From: Thermoanaerobaculia bacterium
GTDB taxonomy: Bacteria > Acidobacteriota > Thermoanaerobaculia > Gp7-AA8
Assembly (NCBI GenBank): GCA_050745405.1
Contig: JBOGJQ010000286.1
Location: 1 to 46,845, forward strand
DNA: 46,845 nt
Direction of reading: 5' to 3'
In this document: positions 1-8,165 of the stretch, piece after piece
Layout: every line of letters starts with the position of its first letter
Position numbering within the stretch: the stretch's first letter is position 1
Notes under the pieces: generated by a model
The model's database searches: none
The model's input: the letters and a program-made list of their open reading frames with translations, nothing else
What the model was told of the DNA's origin: nothing
Position numbers and translations under genes: made by a program

Positions 1-43
1 CCCGCCCGACCCTGATCCCTCGCTCCGCTCGGGATGACGACGC

Positions 44-856
44 TCAGGACGCCCAGGACTCGACGGGGCCGGCACCGGGCGCCGGACGCCAGAGGTGGGG
101 GCGCGGCTCGAAAATGCCGCTGCTGGCGAGATCCTCGCTCGTGCGGTTCCGGGACAGAAGATATCCCTGCATCAGGCTCATGCCGACTCCGAGCAGGACC
201 GCCAGCTCCTCGGCTCGCTCGATCCCCTCGGCGATGATGCGCGCTCCCGTCCGGCGCGTGAGCTGCTGGATCGACTCGAGCACGGCGTGCCGGTACGGGT
301 CACCGTCGCAGCCGCTCACGATGTAGCGGTCGATCTTGAGGAACTGCGGGTGGCAGTCGATCATCATGCCGTAATTCGAAAAGCCCGTGCCGACGTCGTC
401 GAGCGCCACGGCCATGCCGGCGGCGCGGATCGCCTCGAGCGTCCGGCGGAACGTCGACCCGTCCCAGTAGGGGGAGTGCTCGACGATTTCGACGACCACG
501 CGCTCGGGGGCGATGCCGCAGGCCTCGGCCGCATCCGCGACGAACTCGGCGAAGGCGGCGTCGCGGCCGAGGGTCGACGCATGAACGTTTACGTTGATGC
601 GCACCGACTCGGGGATCGAGCGCGCCGCGACCAGACCCGCCATGACGCACGCGCGATCCACCGTCGCTTCTTCCTTTTTCCGGCGGACGTAGTCGAAGAG
701 AATGTCGGCGCGCTCCAGGTTCGTTCCCGCCGGCCCGCGGGCGAGACACTCGACGGCGAAGACCCGCTGCCGCCCGTCGCTCATGTCGAAGATCGGCTGC
801 AGCGTCATGCGCAGCCCGCCGGGCGCGAGGATCGTGTCGAGAAGCGTCTCGCTCAT
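44..856 (-). CDS. Stand-alone EAL-domain cyclic-di-GMP phosphodiesterase (270 aa)
   Basis: The translation carries the EAL-family signatures in order: QPIF, ECLAR (EAL variant), NVNV, EIVE, DDVGTG, LKIDR, AEGIE, QGYL. Its ATG overlaps the upstream REC gene's stop codon (ATGA, 853-856). Confidence 0.85.
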   Translation of the reverse strand: MSETLLDTILAPGGLRMTLQPIFDMSDGRQRVFAVECLARGPAGTNLERADILFDYVRRKKEEATVDRACVMAGLVAARSIPESVRINVNVHASTLGRDAAFAEFVADAAEACGIAPERVVVEIVEHSPYWDGSTFRRTLEAIRAAGMAVALDDVGTGFSNYGMMIDCHPQFLKIDRYIVSGCDGDPYRHAVLESIQQLTRRTGARIIAEGIERAEELAVLLGVGMSLMQGYLLSRNRTSEDLASSGIFEPRPHLWRPAPGAGPVESWAS

Positions 857-1248
857 GCCGCTCCCCGGACGTCCTCGACCACGGCGGCGAGCTCGGCAAG
901 CGGTTTCGGCTTCTGCAGGAACGAATCGACGCCGTAACGGATCGCTGCGGCCTCGAGCTCGGGGGATCCGTACGCGGTGAGAAGAATGACGCGCGTCGCC
1001 GGATGGCGCTCGCGCACGAAGCGGATGATCTCGAGCCCTTCCGAACCGTGCACGCCCGTGAGACGAAGGTCGGCGATCACGATGTCGTAGTGGACGTTCG
1101 CCATCATCGCTTCCGCCTCTTCCAACTCCTGGGCGCAGTCGACGCTGAATCCCTGGCGCGCGAAGTAGTTCTGGATCGCGAACCGGATCGTCGGCTCGTC
1201 ATCGATCACGAGCATTCTCGGGGCGGTTTCGGCGGGAACAGTCACCAT
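853..1248 (-). CDS. Single-domain response regulator (CheY-like receiver, 131 aa)
   Basis: Has MLVIDDEP, a phospho-acceptor-like IVIADLRL motif and ILLTAYG. It is translationally coupled to the EAL gene. The start could instead be the internal Met at 1215, which begins MLVIDD. Confidence 0.8.
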   Translation of the reverse strand: MVTVPAETAPRMLVIDDEPTIRFAIQNYFARQGFSVDCAQELEEAEAMMANVHYDIVIADLRLTGVHGSEGLEIIRFVRERHPATRVILLTAYGSPELEAAAIRYGVDSFLQKPKPLAELAAVVEDVRGAA

Positions 1249-1266
1249 GGCTGCCGCGGTCTAACC

Positions 1267-1281
1267 GCAAGCGAGGTGCCG
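1267..1281 (-). promoter_or_regulatory. Sigma-54 (-24/-12) promoter candidate upstream of the REC-EAL operon
   Basis: The minus strand reads CGGCAC-CTCGC-TTGC. This matches GGCAC-N5-TTGC with exact GG-N10-GC spacing, 18 nt upstream of the ATG at 1248. An NtrC-type activator gene lies immediately upstream. Confidence 0.55.
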
Positions 1282-1379
1282 CCGCGGCGGCTTCGTCTAA
1301 GTAAAGTAAATAGAATGGGTTGACGAGGAATGGGCGCCCGGGCGCACCCGACGCAATCTGATATCGGGATGGAATCCGT

Positions 1380-2732
1380 CTAGCTTCTGGACGTCCGGAT
1401 CCCGAATCGCTTCAGCTTCTGGTAGAGCGAGCTGCGGGGAATGCCGAGGCGGCGGGCGGCCTGCTCGACCTTCCCGTGCTCTTCGCCGAGCACCTTTTCG
1501 ATGTGGAGCTTTTCGATCTCCTCCAGGGTGAGGTTCGTGTCGATACCGGCCGAGCCGGGAGGCGCCGTGAACTCGAAGCGGAGGAGATGGCTCTCGATCA
1601 CGGGCCCGTCCGCGAGGAGGACCGCGCGCTCGATCACGGTGCGGAGCTCGCGGATGTTGCCCGGCCAGGAGTAGCCCTGAAGCGCGCGGAGAGCGTCGGC
1701 CGAAAACCGGATATCGGTCTTGCCGCGACCGCGCGCGAGTTGGAGGAGGAAGAACTCGGCGATGACGCGAATGTCCTCGGGCCGCTCGCGGAGAGAAGGG
1801 ATCGTGAGCGGGATCGTATTGATGCGGAAGTAGAGGTCGCTGCGGAACCGCCCCTCGCTGATGGCGAGGGCGAGATCGACGTGGGTGGCGGCGATGAGCC
1901 GGACGTCGACGACCTTGTCCTTCACGTCGCCGACGCGACGGAAGCGCTTCTCCTCGAGGACTTTGAGGAGCTTCGGCTGGATCTGGGCATCGACGTCGCC
2001 GATCTCGTCGAGAAAAATCGTTCCCTTGTGCGCGACCTCGAGCAGGCCGCGCTTCATCTGGATGGCGCCGGTGAATGCCCCCTTCTCGTGCCCGAAGAGC
2101 TCTGTCTCGAGGAACTCGCGCGTCAGCCCCGCGCAGTTCAGGTCGACGAAGGCCTCGCCGGCGCGCGGGCTGTTCTGGTGGAGCCACTTCGCGAGAACGC
2201 CCTTGCCGGTTCCAGTCTCGCCGTGAAGCAGGATCGGGCTGTCGCTATTGATGATTTTCCGGACCTGCTGCTCGAAGTCGCGGATCGTGGCGCTCGTCCC
2301 GATGAACGGGTCGATCGCTTCGCGCGCCTCGCGCGACTCGCCGACGATGCGGCTTTTCCGGTTCCGCTCGTTCTCGAGGATCCGCTCGATCATCACCATC
2401 AGCGCCGGCAGCTCGACGGGCTTGGTGAGGAACTGATCGGCTCCTTCCTTGATCGCGCGCACGGCGAGATCGATCGTGCCGTGGCCCGTCAGCACGAGAA
2501 CGGGGACCGTCGAGTCCATCGTCTTGAAGCGGGGGAGAAGCTCGAGCGCGTTTCCGTCCGGGAGCATGTAGTCGACGATCACGAGATCCGGACGGTGGAG
2601 CGCGAACGCGCCCTGCGCGCGCTCGCACGTGTCGACCGCCTCGACCTCGAAGTCGTGGGACTGAAGGAAGCGCTGGATGCCGAAGCGGATAGCCGGTTCG
2701 TCGTCGACGAGGAGGATACGGGTCTTCGGCAC
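1380..2732 (-). CDS. Sigma-54-dependent Fis-family response regulator (NtrC type: REC + AAA+ + HTH, 450 aa)
   Basis: Receiver domain (ILLVDDEP, VIVDYMLPDG), Walker A GETGTGKG, GAFTGA sigma-54 contact loop, and a C-terminal Fis-type HTH (AARRLGIPRSSLYQKLKRFGI). GTG start. Confidence 0.9.
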   Translation of the reverse strand: MPKTRILLVDDEPAIRFGIQRFLQSHDFEVEAVDTCERAQGAFALHRPDLVIVDYMLPDGNALELLPRFKTMDSTVPVLVLTGHGTIDLAVRAIKEGADQFLTKPVELPALMVMIERILENERNRKSRIVGESREAREAIDPFIGTSATIRDFEQQVRKIINSDSPILLHGETGTGKGVLAKWLHQNSPRAGEAFVDLNCAGLTREFLETELFGHEKGAFTGAIQMKRGLLEVAHKGTIFLDEIGDVDAQIQPKLLKVLEEKRFRRVGDVKDKVVDVRLIAATHVDLALAISEGRFRSDLYFRINTIPLTIPSLRERPEDIRVIAEFFLLQLARGRGKTDIRFSADALRALQGYSWPGNIRELRTVIERAVLLADGPVIESHLLRFEFTAPPGSAGIDTNLTLEEIEKLHIEKVLGEEHGKVEQAARRLGIPRSSLYQKLKRFGIRTSRS

Positions 2733-2789
2733 GTCGTGACTGTAGCCTGAGAGCGGGGTGCAGGGAAGAGGCCGCCTGAGCCTCAGGCG

Positions 2790-4667
2790 CTAGCCGCCGT
2801 TCGGACCGGATTCGGAAATCGGGAGGAAAACAGTCATCCGGGCGCCTCCCTCGGGGCGGTTCGCCGCCTCGATCGTGCCGCCGTGCTCATCGACGATCCG
2901 GTGGACGATGGAGAGGCCGAGCCCCGTTCCCCCGCGGCGGCGCGTGAAGAACGGCTCGAAAATCCGGTCGAGGTCGCCCGGCGGGAACCCCTTTCCCTGA
3001 TCGAGGACGGAGGCGGCGATAGCGGGGCGGCCGTCGTCTTCAGCGACTTCCGCCACGATGGTGACCGCGCCGCCCGCCGGAGAGAACTGAACCGCGTTCT
3101 CGATCAGGTTCTGGAACACCTGGGCGAGACGGCTGCGGTCGATCGGAACGAGGGGGAGGTCGGGAGGGACCTGGTTCGCGATCCGGACCTGCGCGCGCTC
3201 GGCCGAGCGGTCGCACGCGCGCACGGCCTCCGCGACCACGTCGGCGAGCCGGCCATCGTGGAGCTCCATCCGGGCGGGGCGGCCGTAGTCGAGGAGCTCC
3301 TGCATGAGCTCACTGAGCCGGCCGATCTCGCCGCGGAGTACTTCGAAGAACTGGCGCGAATCTTCGTCGACCGCGAAGCTCGCCTCGAACGCGTCGAGTG
3401 TCGCGGAAATGCCGAAGATCGGATTGCGGACTTCGTGGGCGACGCCGACGATGAGCTGGCCGACCGCGGACATGACCTGATTCTTCCGCGCCGTTTCCTG
3501 AAGCTCGAGCATGCGCGTGATGTCGCGGCCGATGAGGATCGAGACGTCGCCTTCGACGTCAGTGCGGCCGATCGATCCGAGTCCGGCGCGGGCGACGTGC
3601 CAGGTCTTCTGCGTGAACGCGTCGTACGCGTCACCGGACGGGGATTCGGTGGGAGAGGTGCTGAGCTGGAGGAACGCGTTCCACGGCTCGCGATCGGCGA
3701 ACTCGGCGAGGTTCCGTCCGACGAGCTCGCGGAACGGAATGTCGGCGGCGATCAGGTCGCGCGCGGCGCGGTTGAGCCGGACGAGCCGCCCCTCCGCATC
3801 GGCGATCACGATGGGCGACTCGATCGCGTCGAACGTGAGCTGCCATTCCCGCGCGCGATTCCGGATGAGCTCCTCGAGGTGCGCGCGTGCCTCCTCGTTG
3901 CGCTTCCATTCCGAGAAGTCGCGGCCCGCGCCGGCGAGGCCGATCACCTTTCCCGTCGCGTCCTCGAGGGGGACGGCCGTCCATTGGTACGGGATCGTGC
4001 GCCCGTCGCGTGCGAGAAGGCGCGTCTCGAACTCCGCGTATCCGGTCGCGAACGCATCCATGATCGCCTTGGCGAAGGTCCGCTTCTCCGTTTCGGGAAA
4101 GAGCTCGAAACCGGGACGGTCGCGCAGCTCCTCGGCCGACCACCCCGTGGCCGTCTCGAGCTTGCGGTTCCAGCGGACCAGCCGCGCCTCGACGTCGAGG
4201 GTGTAGAGAATATCGGGGATCGTCTGGATCGTGTTCTCGAGCTCGGCCAGGGTGCGGGCGAGCTCGGTCTCGCGCTCCTTCTCCTTCGCCGCTTCGCGGA
4301 AATAGAGGATCCATCCGCCGCCGCCGCCGTCGGCGGTGAAGCGCGTGCCGTCGATCGAGGCGAGCACCGGCGCGCCGTCGCGGCCGGCGAGGAGAGCTTC
4401 CGCCCCCTCGAACGAGAGGCGGCCCGCGCCGAGCGCCTCGACGGAGGCCGCGGGGGAGTCCTCGTGAAACAGGGTCGAGCCGCGCCGCGTCGCGACGAGG
4501 TCGTTCGTCGAGCGGAAACCGAGCATCAGCGCGAGCGCCGGATTCGCGAAAGCGATCGCGTCGTCGTCGCCGAGGTGACAGATCCCGAACGGCGCGCGAA
4601 GCAGCGTCTCGCGGGCGGCAGCATCGACGGTCGAATGAGCTGCGGGCGACGGGCGGCCGGTGTTCAA
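2790..4667 (-). CDS. Cytoplasmic multi-PAS sensor histidine kinase (625 aa)
   Basis: H-box VAHEVRNPIFGI, N-box NLIENAVQFS, G1 DQGKGF, G2 GGTGLGLSIV. Upstream are PAS-like repeats. No obvious transmembrane segment. The predicted start is TTG, so the exact start is uncertain. Confidence 0.85.
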   Translation of the reverse strand: MNTGRPSPAAHSTVDAAARETLLRAPFGICHLGDDDAIAFANPALALMLGFRSTNDLVATRRGSTLFHEDSPAASVEALGAGRLSFEGAEALLAGRDGAPVLASIDGTRFTADGGGGGWILYFREAAKEKERETELARTLAELENTIQTIPDILYTLDVEARLVRWNRKLETATGWSAEELRDRPGFELFPETEKRTFAKAIMDAFATGYAEFETRLLARDGRTIPYQWTAVPLEDATGKVIGLAGAGRDFSEWKRNEEARAHLEELIRNRAREWQLTFDAIESPIVIADAEGRLVRLNRAARDLIAADIPFRELVGRNLAEFADREPWNAFLQLSTSPTESPSGDAYDAFTQKTWHVARAGLGSIGRTDVEGDVSILIGRDITRMLELQETARKNQVMSAVGQLIVGVAHEVRNPIFGISATLDAFEASFAVDEDSRQFFEVLRGEIGRLSELMQELLDYGRPARMELHDGRLADVVAEAVRACDRSAERAQVRIANQVPPDLPLVPIDRSRLAQVFQNLIENAVQFSPAGGAVTIVAEVAEDDGRPAIAASVLDQGKGFPPGDLDRIFEPFFTRRRGGTGLGLSIVHRIVDEHGGTIEAANRPEGGARMTVFLPISESGPNGG

Positions 4668-4709
4668 GATTGGATTGACTATAACCGATCGCGAGTAGCC
4701 GTCAGCTCG

Positions 4710-5462
4710 TCAATGCGCCGCGGCGGAGGGCGTGAGATCGAAGATGCGGATCGGGAGGGAGTCGGTCCACGTCCTCCGGAGCAGCGGGAGCGCGACGTTG
4801 TAGACGGGAACGTTCCCCTTCGTGCGTCCTTCGAGAGCGCCGTGATGGGCGTGGCCGTGGAAAACGACGGTGGCGCGGTAGCGGTCGACGGGCTCTTCGA
4901 GACGCGACGATCCGAGGAACGGCGCGATCTCGAGCGGCTCGCCCTGGATCGTCGCCTGAATCGGGGAGTAATGAAGGAGGACGACGCGGTGCTCGGTCCG
5001 GAGGCGGGAGAGGGCGGATTCGAGCTTCAGCCCTTCCTGAATCGTCTCCTGCACGAGGTGCTTGATGCTCGCCTCGCCCCACGGCGTGAGCTCGCGCCGG
5101 CCGAAGCCGCCGACGAATCCCTTCACGCCCGCGAATCCGACACCGTCGATCTCGGCGGCTTCGCCGTCGAGGACCTTGATGCCCGCGGCCTCGAGAATTC
5201 GCCGCCCCTCGTCCTGCTGCCCCGATTCGAAATCGTGGTTGCCGAGAACGGCGAGGATCTTCATCCGCAACGCGGGCTCGAGCTCGGTGACGAGAAGCGA
5301 GAACTCCTCCGGTGTCCCGTAGTTCGTCAGGTCGCCGAGAAGAAGCAGCACATCCGCCTTTCTCGCCGCCTCGGCGAACAGCGGGTGCAGCTCCCCTTCG
5401 GATCCCTTCCCGCAGTGCACGTCTCCGACGGCAGCCACGCGCATCACGCCGTCCTGCGCCAC
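4710..5462 (-). CDS. Calcineurin-like metallophosphoesterase (250 aa) with a class-III phosphodiesterase-like motif set
   Basis: Motifs GDVHCG, LLLGDL, GNHD and GHAHHG appear in canonical order. GTG start preceded by AAGGAG. It starts 1 nt after the upstream gene's stop codon. Confidence 0.8.
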   Translation of the reverse strand: MAQDGVMRVAAVGDVHCGKGSEGELHPLFAEAARKADVLLLLGDLTNYGTPEEFSLLVTELEPALRMKILAVLGNHDFESGQQDEGRRILEAAGIKVLDGEAAEIDGVGFAGVKGFVGGFGRRELTPWGEASIKHLVQETIQEGLKLESALSRLRTEHRVVLLHYSPIQATIQGEPLEIAPFLGSSRLEEPVDRYRATVVFHGHAHHGALEGRTKGNVPVYNVALPLLRRTWTDSLPIRIFDLTPSAAAH

Positions 5463-5463
5463 G

Positions 5464-6270
5464 TCATTTCTCCTTCTCGATCGCCCGCGTCCAGTGCTCG
5501 ATGTCTTCGGTCGTCATCAGTCCCCACGGCGCGAGGCGGCCGTCCGCGAACTCCCCCGCCGCGAGATCGGCGAGATACTGCGCCCGCGACAGCACCGTGC
5601 CGCGGCAGACCTCGTGCGGCACGGGCGCGTCGTTCACCTCCGCCGCCAGCCGCTCGCATAGGGTACGCATCAGCCATGCCGGAACGACGTCGCGGCGGCT
5701 CGGGTAGATGTACCCCACGAGGATCAGGTGCGCGAACAGGACGCGCCAGTGCGGCCCGAACCGCTGCAGGAGCCGCCGCCAGTCGAGCTCGGGTCCGCGC
5801 GACTCGATTAGGTGCGCGATGTCCGCGCCGTCGTACCGCTCCCTCTCCATGATGAACGCCTTCGACCAGATCGACTCCTCGGGCGGGCAGAGAAGAACCG
5901 GACGATCGAAGACGATGCCGGTGCGCGCGTACTCGAACCAGACGTCGTCGACCGGAGCGACGCCGTTGCCCGAGCTGTGGATGATGTCGATGAAGTGCTC
6001 CCCGTCGAAGGCCTTCGCGAGCCAGTGGGGATAGGTGAACTCGGCGCGATACCCGTGCGCGTCGAGCATGGCGAGCGCGCGCTCGATGTCCTCGCGCTGC
6101 ATGAAGATGTCGAAGTCCTTCGTCGGCCGCCTGAGGCCGGTGTAGAGCTCGATCGCATACGCGCCGCCCACGAGGAACTCGAGCTCCGCCTCGCGCAGAA
6201 TGTCGATGCACCTTTCATAGAAGGCGCGTTTATCGTCGGGGATCGTGTCGCCGCACTCGAGGGTCTGCAT
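5464..6270 (-). CDS. Pol-beta-superfamily nucleotidyltransferase family protein (uncharacterised NTase)
   Basis: GGAYAIELYTGLRRPTKDFDIF fits the G[GS]-x(9-13)-DxD nucleotidyltransferase signature. I prefer the ATG at 6270 (GGAGAAA Shine-Dalgarno upstream) over the ORF-track start at 6339. Confidence 0.6.
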   Translation of the reverse strand: MQTLECGDTIPDDKRAFYERCIDILREAELEFLVGGAYAIELYTGLRRPTKDFDIFMQREDIERALAMLDAHGYRAEFTYPHWLAKAFDGEHFIDIIHSSGNGVAPVDDVWFEYARTGIVFDRPVLLCPPEESIWSKAFIMERERYDGADIAHLIESRGPELDWRRLLQRFGPHWRVLFAHLILVGYIYPSRRDVVPAWLMRTLCERLAAEVNDAPVPHEVCRGTVLSRAQYLADLAAGEFADGRLAPWGLMTTEDIEHWTRAIEKEK

Positions 6271-6383
6271 GGCCGTTTTTCTCCACTCTGCCGGACCCGT
6301 CCGGGAAGGGTGGGGAGAGTTATTTAGTGCATTCCTCATGCCGGAAACAATGGTCGTAACTTGCTCGTGCCAAAGAGCTTGAT

Positions 6384-6464
6384 GCGTCTCGAGCGTCTCG
6401 AGCGTCTAGGGCGTCTTGAGCGTCTTGAGCGTCTTGGGCGTCTTGGGGGTATGGGGCGTCCGGA
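6384..6464. repeat. Left arm of composite element A: about 9 tandem 9-mers (GCGTCTYGR)
   Basis: Read directly: GCGTCTCGA GCGTCTCGA GCGTCTAGG GCGTCTTGA GCGTCTTGA GCGTCTTGG GCGTCTTGG ... Confidence 0.9.
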
Positions 6465-6483
6465 CGGCGCTCCCCCGGTCCTC

Positions 6484-6614
6484 GTCATCCTGACGAGCGA
6501 AGCGAGGAAGGATCTCCTCAGCTGCGACTCCGACTCGCGAGACATTGCCGGATTGAGACGCGGCTGAGGAGATCCTTCGCTCACACCCACCCATCCGACC
6601 TCGCTCAGGATGAC
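6484..6614 (+). repeat. Conserved nested-palindromic core, copy A (REP/MITE-like, 131 nt)
   Basis: Termini GTCATCCTGA...TCAGGATGAC. Perfect inner 16-bp stem GAAGGATCTCCTCAGC / GCTGAGGAGATCCTTC. Asymmetric C-rich bulge CACACCCACCC. Close copies at 15828-15958 (inverted) and 33509-33669. Confidence 0.9.
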
Positions 6615-6620
6615 GACGTT

Positions 6621-6734
6621 CCAGACGCCTCAGACGCTCCAGACGCCCAGGACGCCCAAGACGCCCAAGACGCCAGGACGCCCAAGACGCCCAAGACGCT
6701 CAAGACGCCCAAGACGCTCAAGACGCCCAAGACG
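6621..6734. repeat. Right arm of composite element A: about 13 tandem 9-mers (CAAGACGCY), reverse complement of the left arm
   Basis: Read directly: CCAGACGCC TCAGACGCT ... CAAGACGCC CAAGACGCT. The array ends at the atoE-like stop codon (6735-6737). Confidence 0.9.
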
Positions 6735-8123
6735 CTACGGCATCACCGGCGGAATCCACGGAAGCGTCTGCGCGAAGAGCCAGCAGAGAAAGAGAACCAG
6801 CGGGAGCTGACAGAGGAGCTGGAGGATCGAGTAGCCTGCGAGGTCGCGGGCGCGAACGTTCAGGATGCCCATGAGCGGGAGCATCCAGAAGGGATTCATC
6901 AGGTTCGCGAGCCCCTCGGCCGCGTTGTAGGTCTGGATCGTCCACCCGAGGTGCTGCTGCCATGTATTCGCGGCGGCCATGACGTAGGGCGCTTCGACGA
7001 CCCACTTCCCGCCGCCGGACGGAATGAAGAGATCGAGCAGCATCGAGTACGTCGCGACCACGAGGTTGAACGTCGCGGGCGAGGTGACGGCGACGAAGAC
7101 GTCCGCGAGCGACTCCTGGATCGACGTCTTCGAGATGAGGCCGAAGACGCCGCCGTAGAACGGGAACTGGATGAGCACTCCGGCGACGGCCGGAACGGAG
7201 CGGGCGACGGCGCGCAGGAACGACCGCGGGCGCCAGTGGAGCAGGAGACCGGTCGCGAGAAACGCGAGGTTGAACGTGTTCAGGTCGAGCGCCGCGACCG
7301 GACCTCGGTCGCGGATCCGGAGGAAGAGGAATGCGAACATGAGGGCGGCGACGAGAATCGAGAGGATCGGCGCGTTCTCGATGCGGTCCGCGGGCGAGCG
7401 GCCGGGAGTCTCGTCGACGACCAGGGGCTCGTAGACGACGCCGATCGACGCGAACGTGCGCGGCTCGCGCCTCGCCGGATAGGAAACCCACGCGACGGCG
7501 ACGCCGACCGCGATGAGGATCGCGGCGAGGGCGACGTTCTGCCAGAGAAAGATCGTCTGCGAGAGCGGGACGACGCCGGTGACCTTCAGCAAGTCCGGAG
7601 GGATCGCGGTGGGCGTGGCCTGAAGGAGGGCGGCCGAGGAGGAAAAGCCGAGAGCCCACACGGCGCCGAGGCCGAGGTACGCGGCGCCGCCGATGGCGCG
7701 ATAGTCGACGTCGAGGCGGCGGACGACGGCGCGGACGAGAAGCCCCGTGAAGATGAGCGAGAAGCCCCACGACAGGAGCGAGGTCGTCATCGCGAACAGG
7801 GCGACCCACGCGACGGCGCCGCGTGGGGTGGCGGGAACGGCGGCGAGGCGCTCGATGACGCGGCTCACGGGACGGGAGCTCGCGACGACGAACCCGCCGA
7901 TGATGATGAGCGCCATCTGCATCGTGAAGGGAACGAGAACCCAGAACCCTTCTCCGAATGCCTCGACGAGCGTGGCCGGCCTTTCGCCCAGACCCAGGCC
8001 GAGCGCGAACACGAGAATGACGGCAGCGAGCGCGAAGACGAAGGCGTCCGGAAACCATCGCTCGCAGACGTCGGCGATCCGCGCGCCGGCGCGGGCGAGA
8101 AACACGTCGCGATCCGCTCTCAC
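6735..8123 (-). CDS. atoE: Short-chain fatty acid transporter (AtoE family, 462 aa)
   Basis: Polytopic membrane protein. The N-terminus ERWFPDAFVFALAAVILVF resembles E. coli AtoE (RWLPDPLIFA...). GTG start with a GAGGGA Shine-Dalgarno. Confidence 0.75.
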   Translation of the reverse strand: MRADRDVFLARAGARIADVCERWFPDAFVFALAAVILVFALGLGLGERPATLVEAFGEGFWVLVPFTMQMALIIIGGFVVASSRPVSRVIERLAAVPATPRGAVAWVALFAMTTSLLSWGFSLIFTGLLVRAVVRRLDVDYRAIGGAAYLGLGAVWALGFSSSAALLQATPTAIPPDLLKVTGVVPLSQTIFLWQNVALAAILIAVGVAVAWVSYPARREPRTFASIGVVYEPLVVDETPGRSPADRIENAPILSILVAALMFAFLFLRIRDRGPVAALDLNTFNLAFLATGLLLHWRPRSFLRAVARSVPAVAGVLIQFPFYGGVFGLISKTSIQESLADVFVAVTSPATFNLVVATYSMLLDLFIPSGGGKWVVEAPYVMAAANTWQQHLGWTIQTYNAAEGLANLMNPFWMLPLMGILNVRARDLAGYSILQLLCQLPLVLFLCWLFAQTLPWIPPVMP

Positions 8124-8165
8124 TCCCTCAGAGTCTGCGGACCTGCGCGCGCGAGATCAAGTCCG

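Noticed and set aside
2733-2789. Short GCCTGAG-CC-TCAGGC hairpin between the kinase and NtrC-type genes as a terminator
   Set aside because: The stem is only 7 bp with no U-tract, and the two genes are most likely co-transcribed.
2883-5852. 989-aa plus-strand ORF spanning the histidine kinase, phosphoesterase and nucleotidyltransferase genes
   Set aside because: It is a shadow ORF antisense to three well-supported minus-strand genes. The translation is Arg/Asp/Glu/Gly-rich low-complexity with no recognisable motifs, which is typical of stop-poor antisense frames in GC-rich DNA.
6360-6373. TGGCAC (-24-like) hexamer on the minus strand upstream of the nucleotidyltransferase operon
   Set aside because: At the required spacing the -12 position reads TT (TGGCAC-GAGCA-AGTT), not TTGC/GC. 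A sigma-70-like TTGTTT-18-TAAATA (6321-6350) is a more plausible, though still weak, promoter.
6384-6734. Possibility that the tandem short repeats are CRISPR arrays
   Set aside because: The units are 7-9 nt and directly abutting, with no unique spacers. The arrays are arranged as inverted arms, and no cas genes are nearby.
6336-6810. Small ORFs translating to LERLERLGRLERLERLGRLG, PKTPKTLKTLKTP, PRRPRRSRRPRR and 'VSEGSPQPRLN'-type peptides. Similar ones occur at 15437-15837 and 33445-33741.
   Set aside because: They are read straight through the tandem 9-mers and the palindromic core, on both strands. The periodic peptides are a by-product of the DNA repeats, not evidence of coding.
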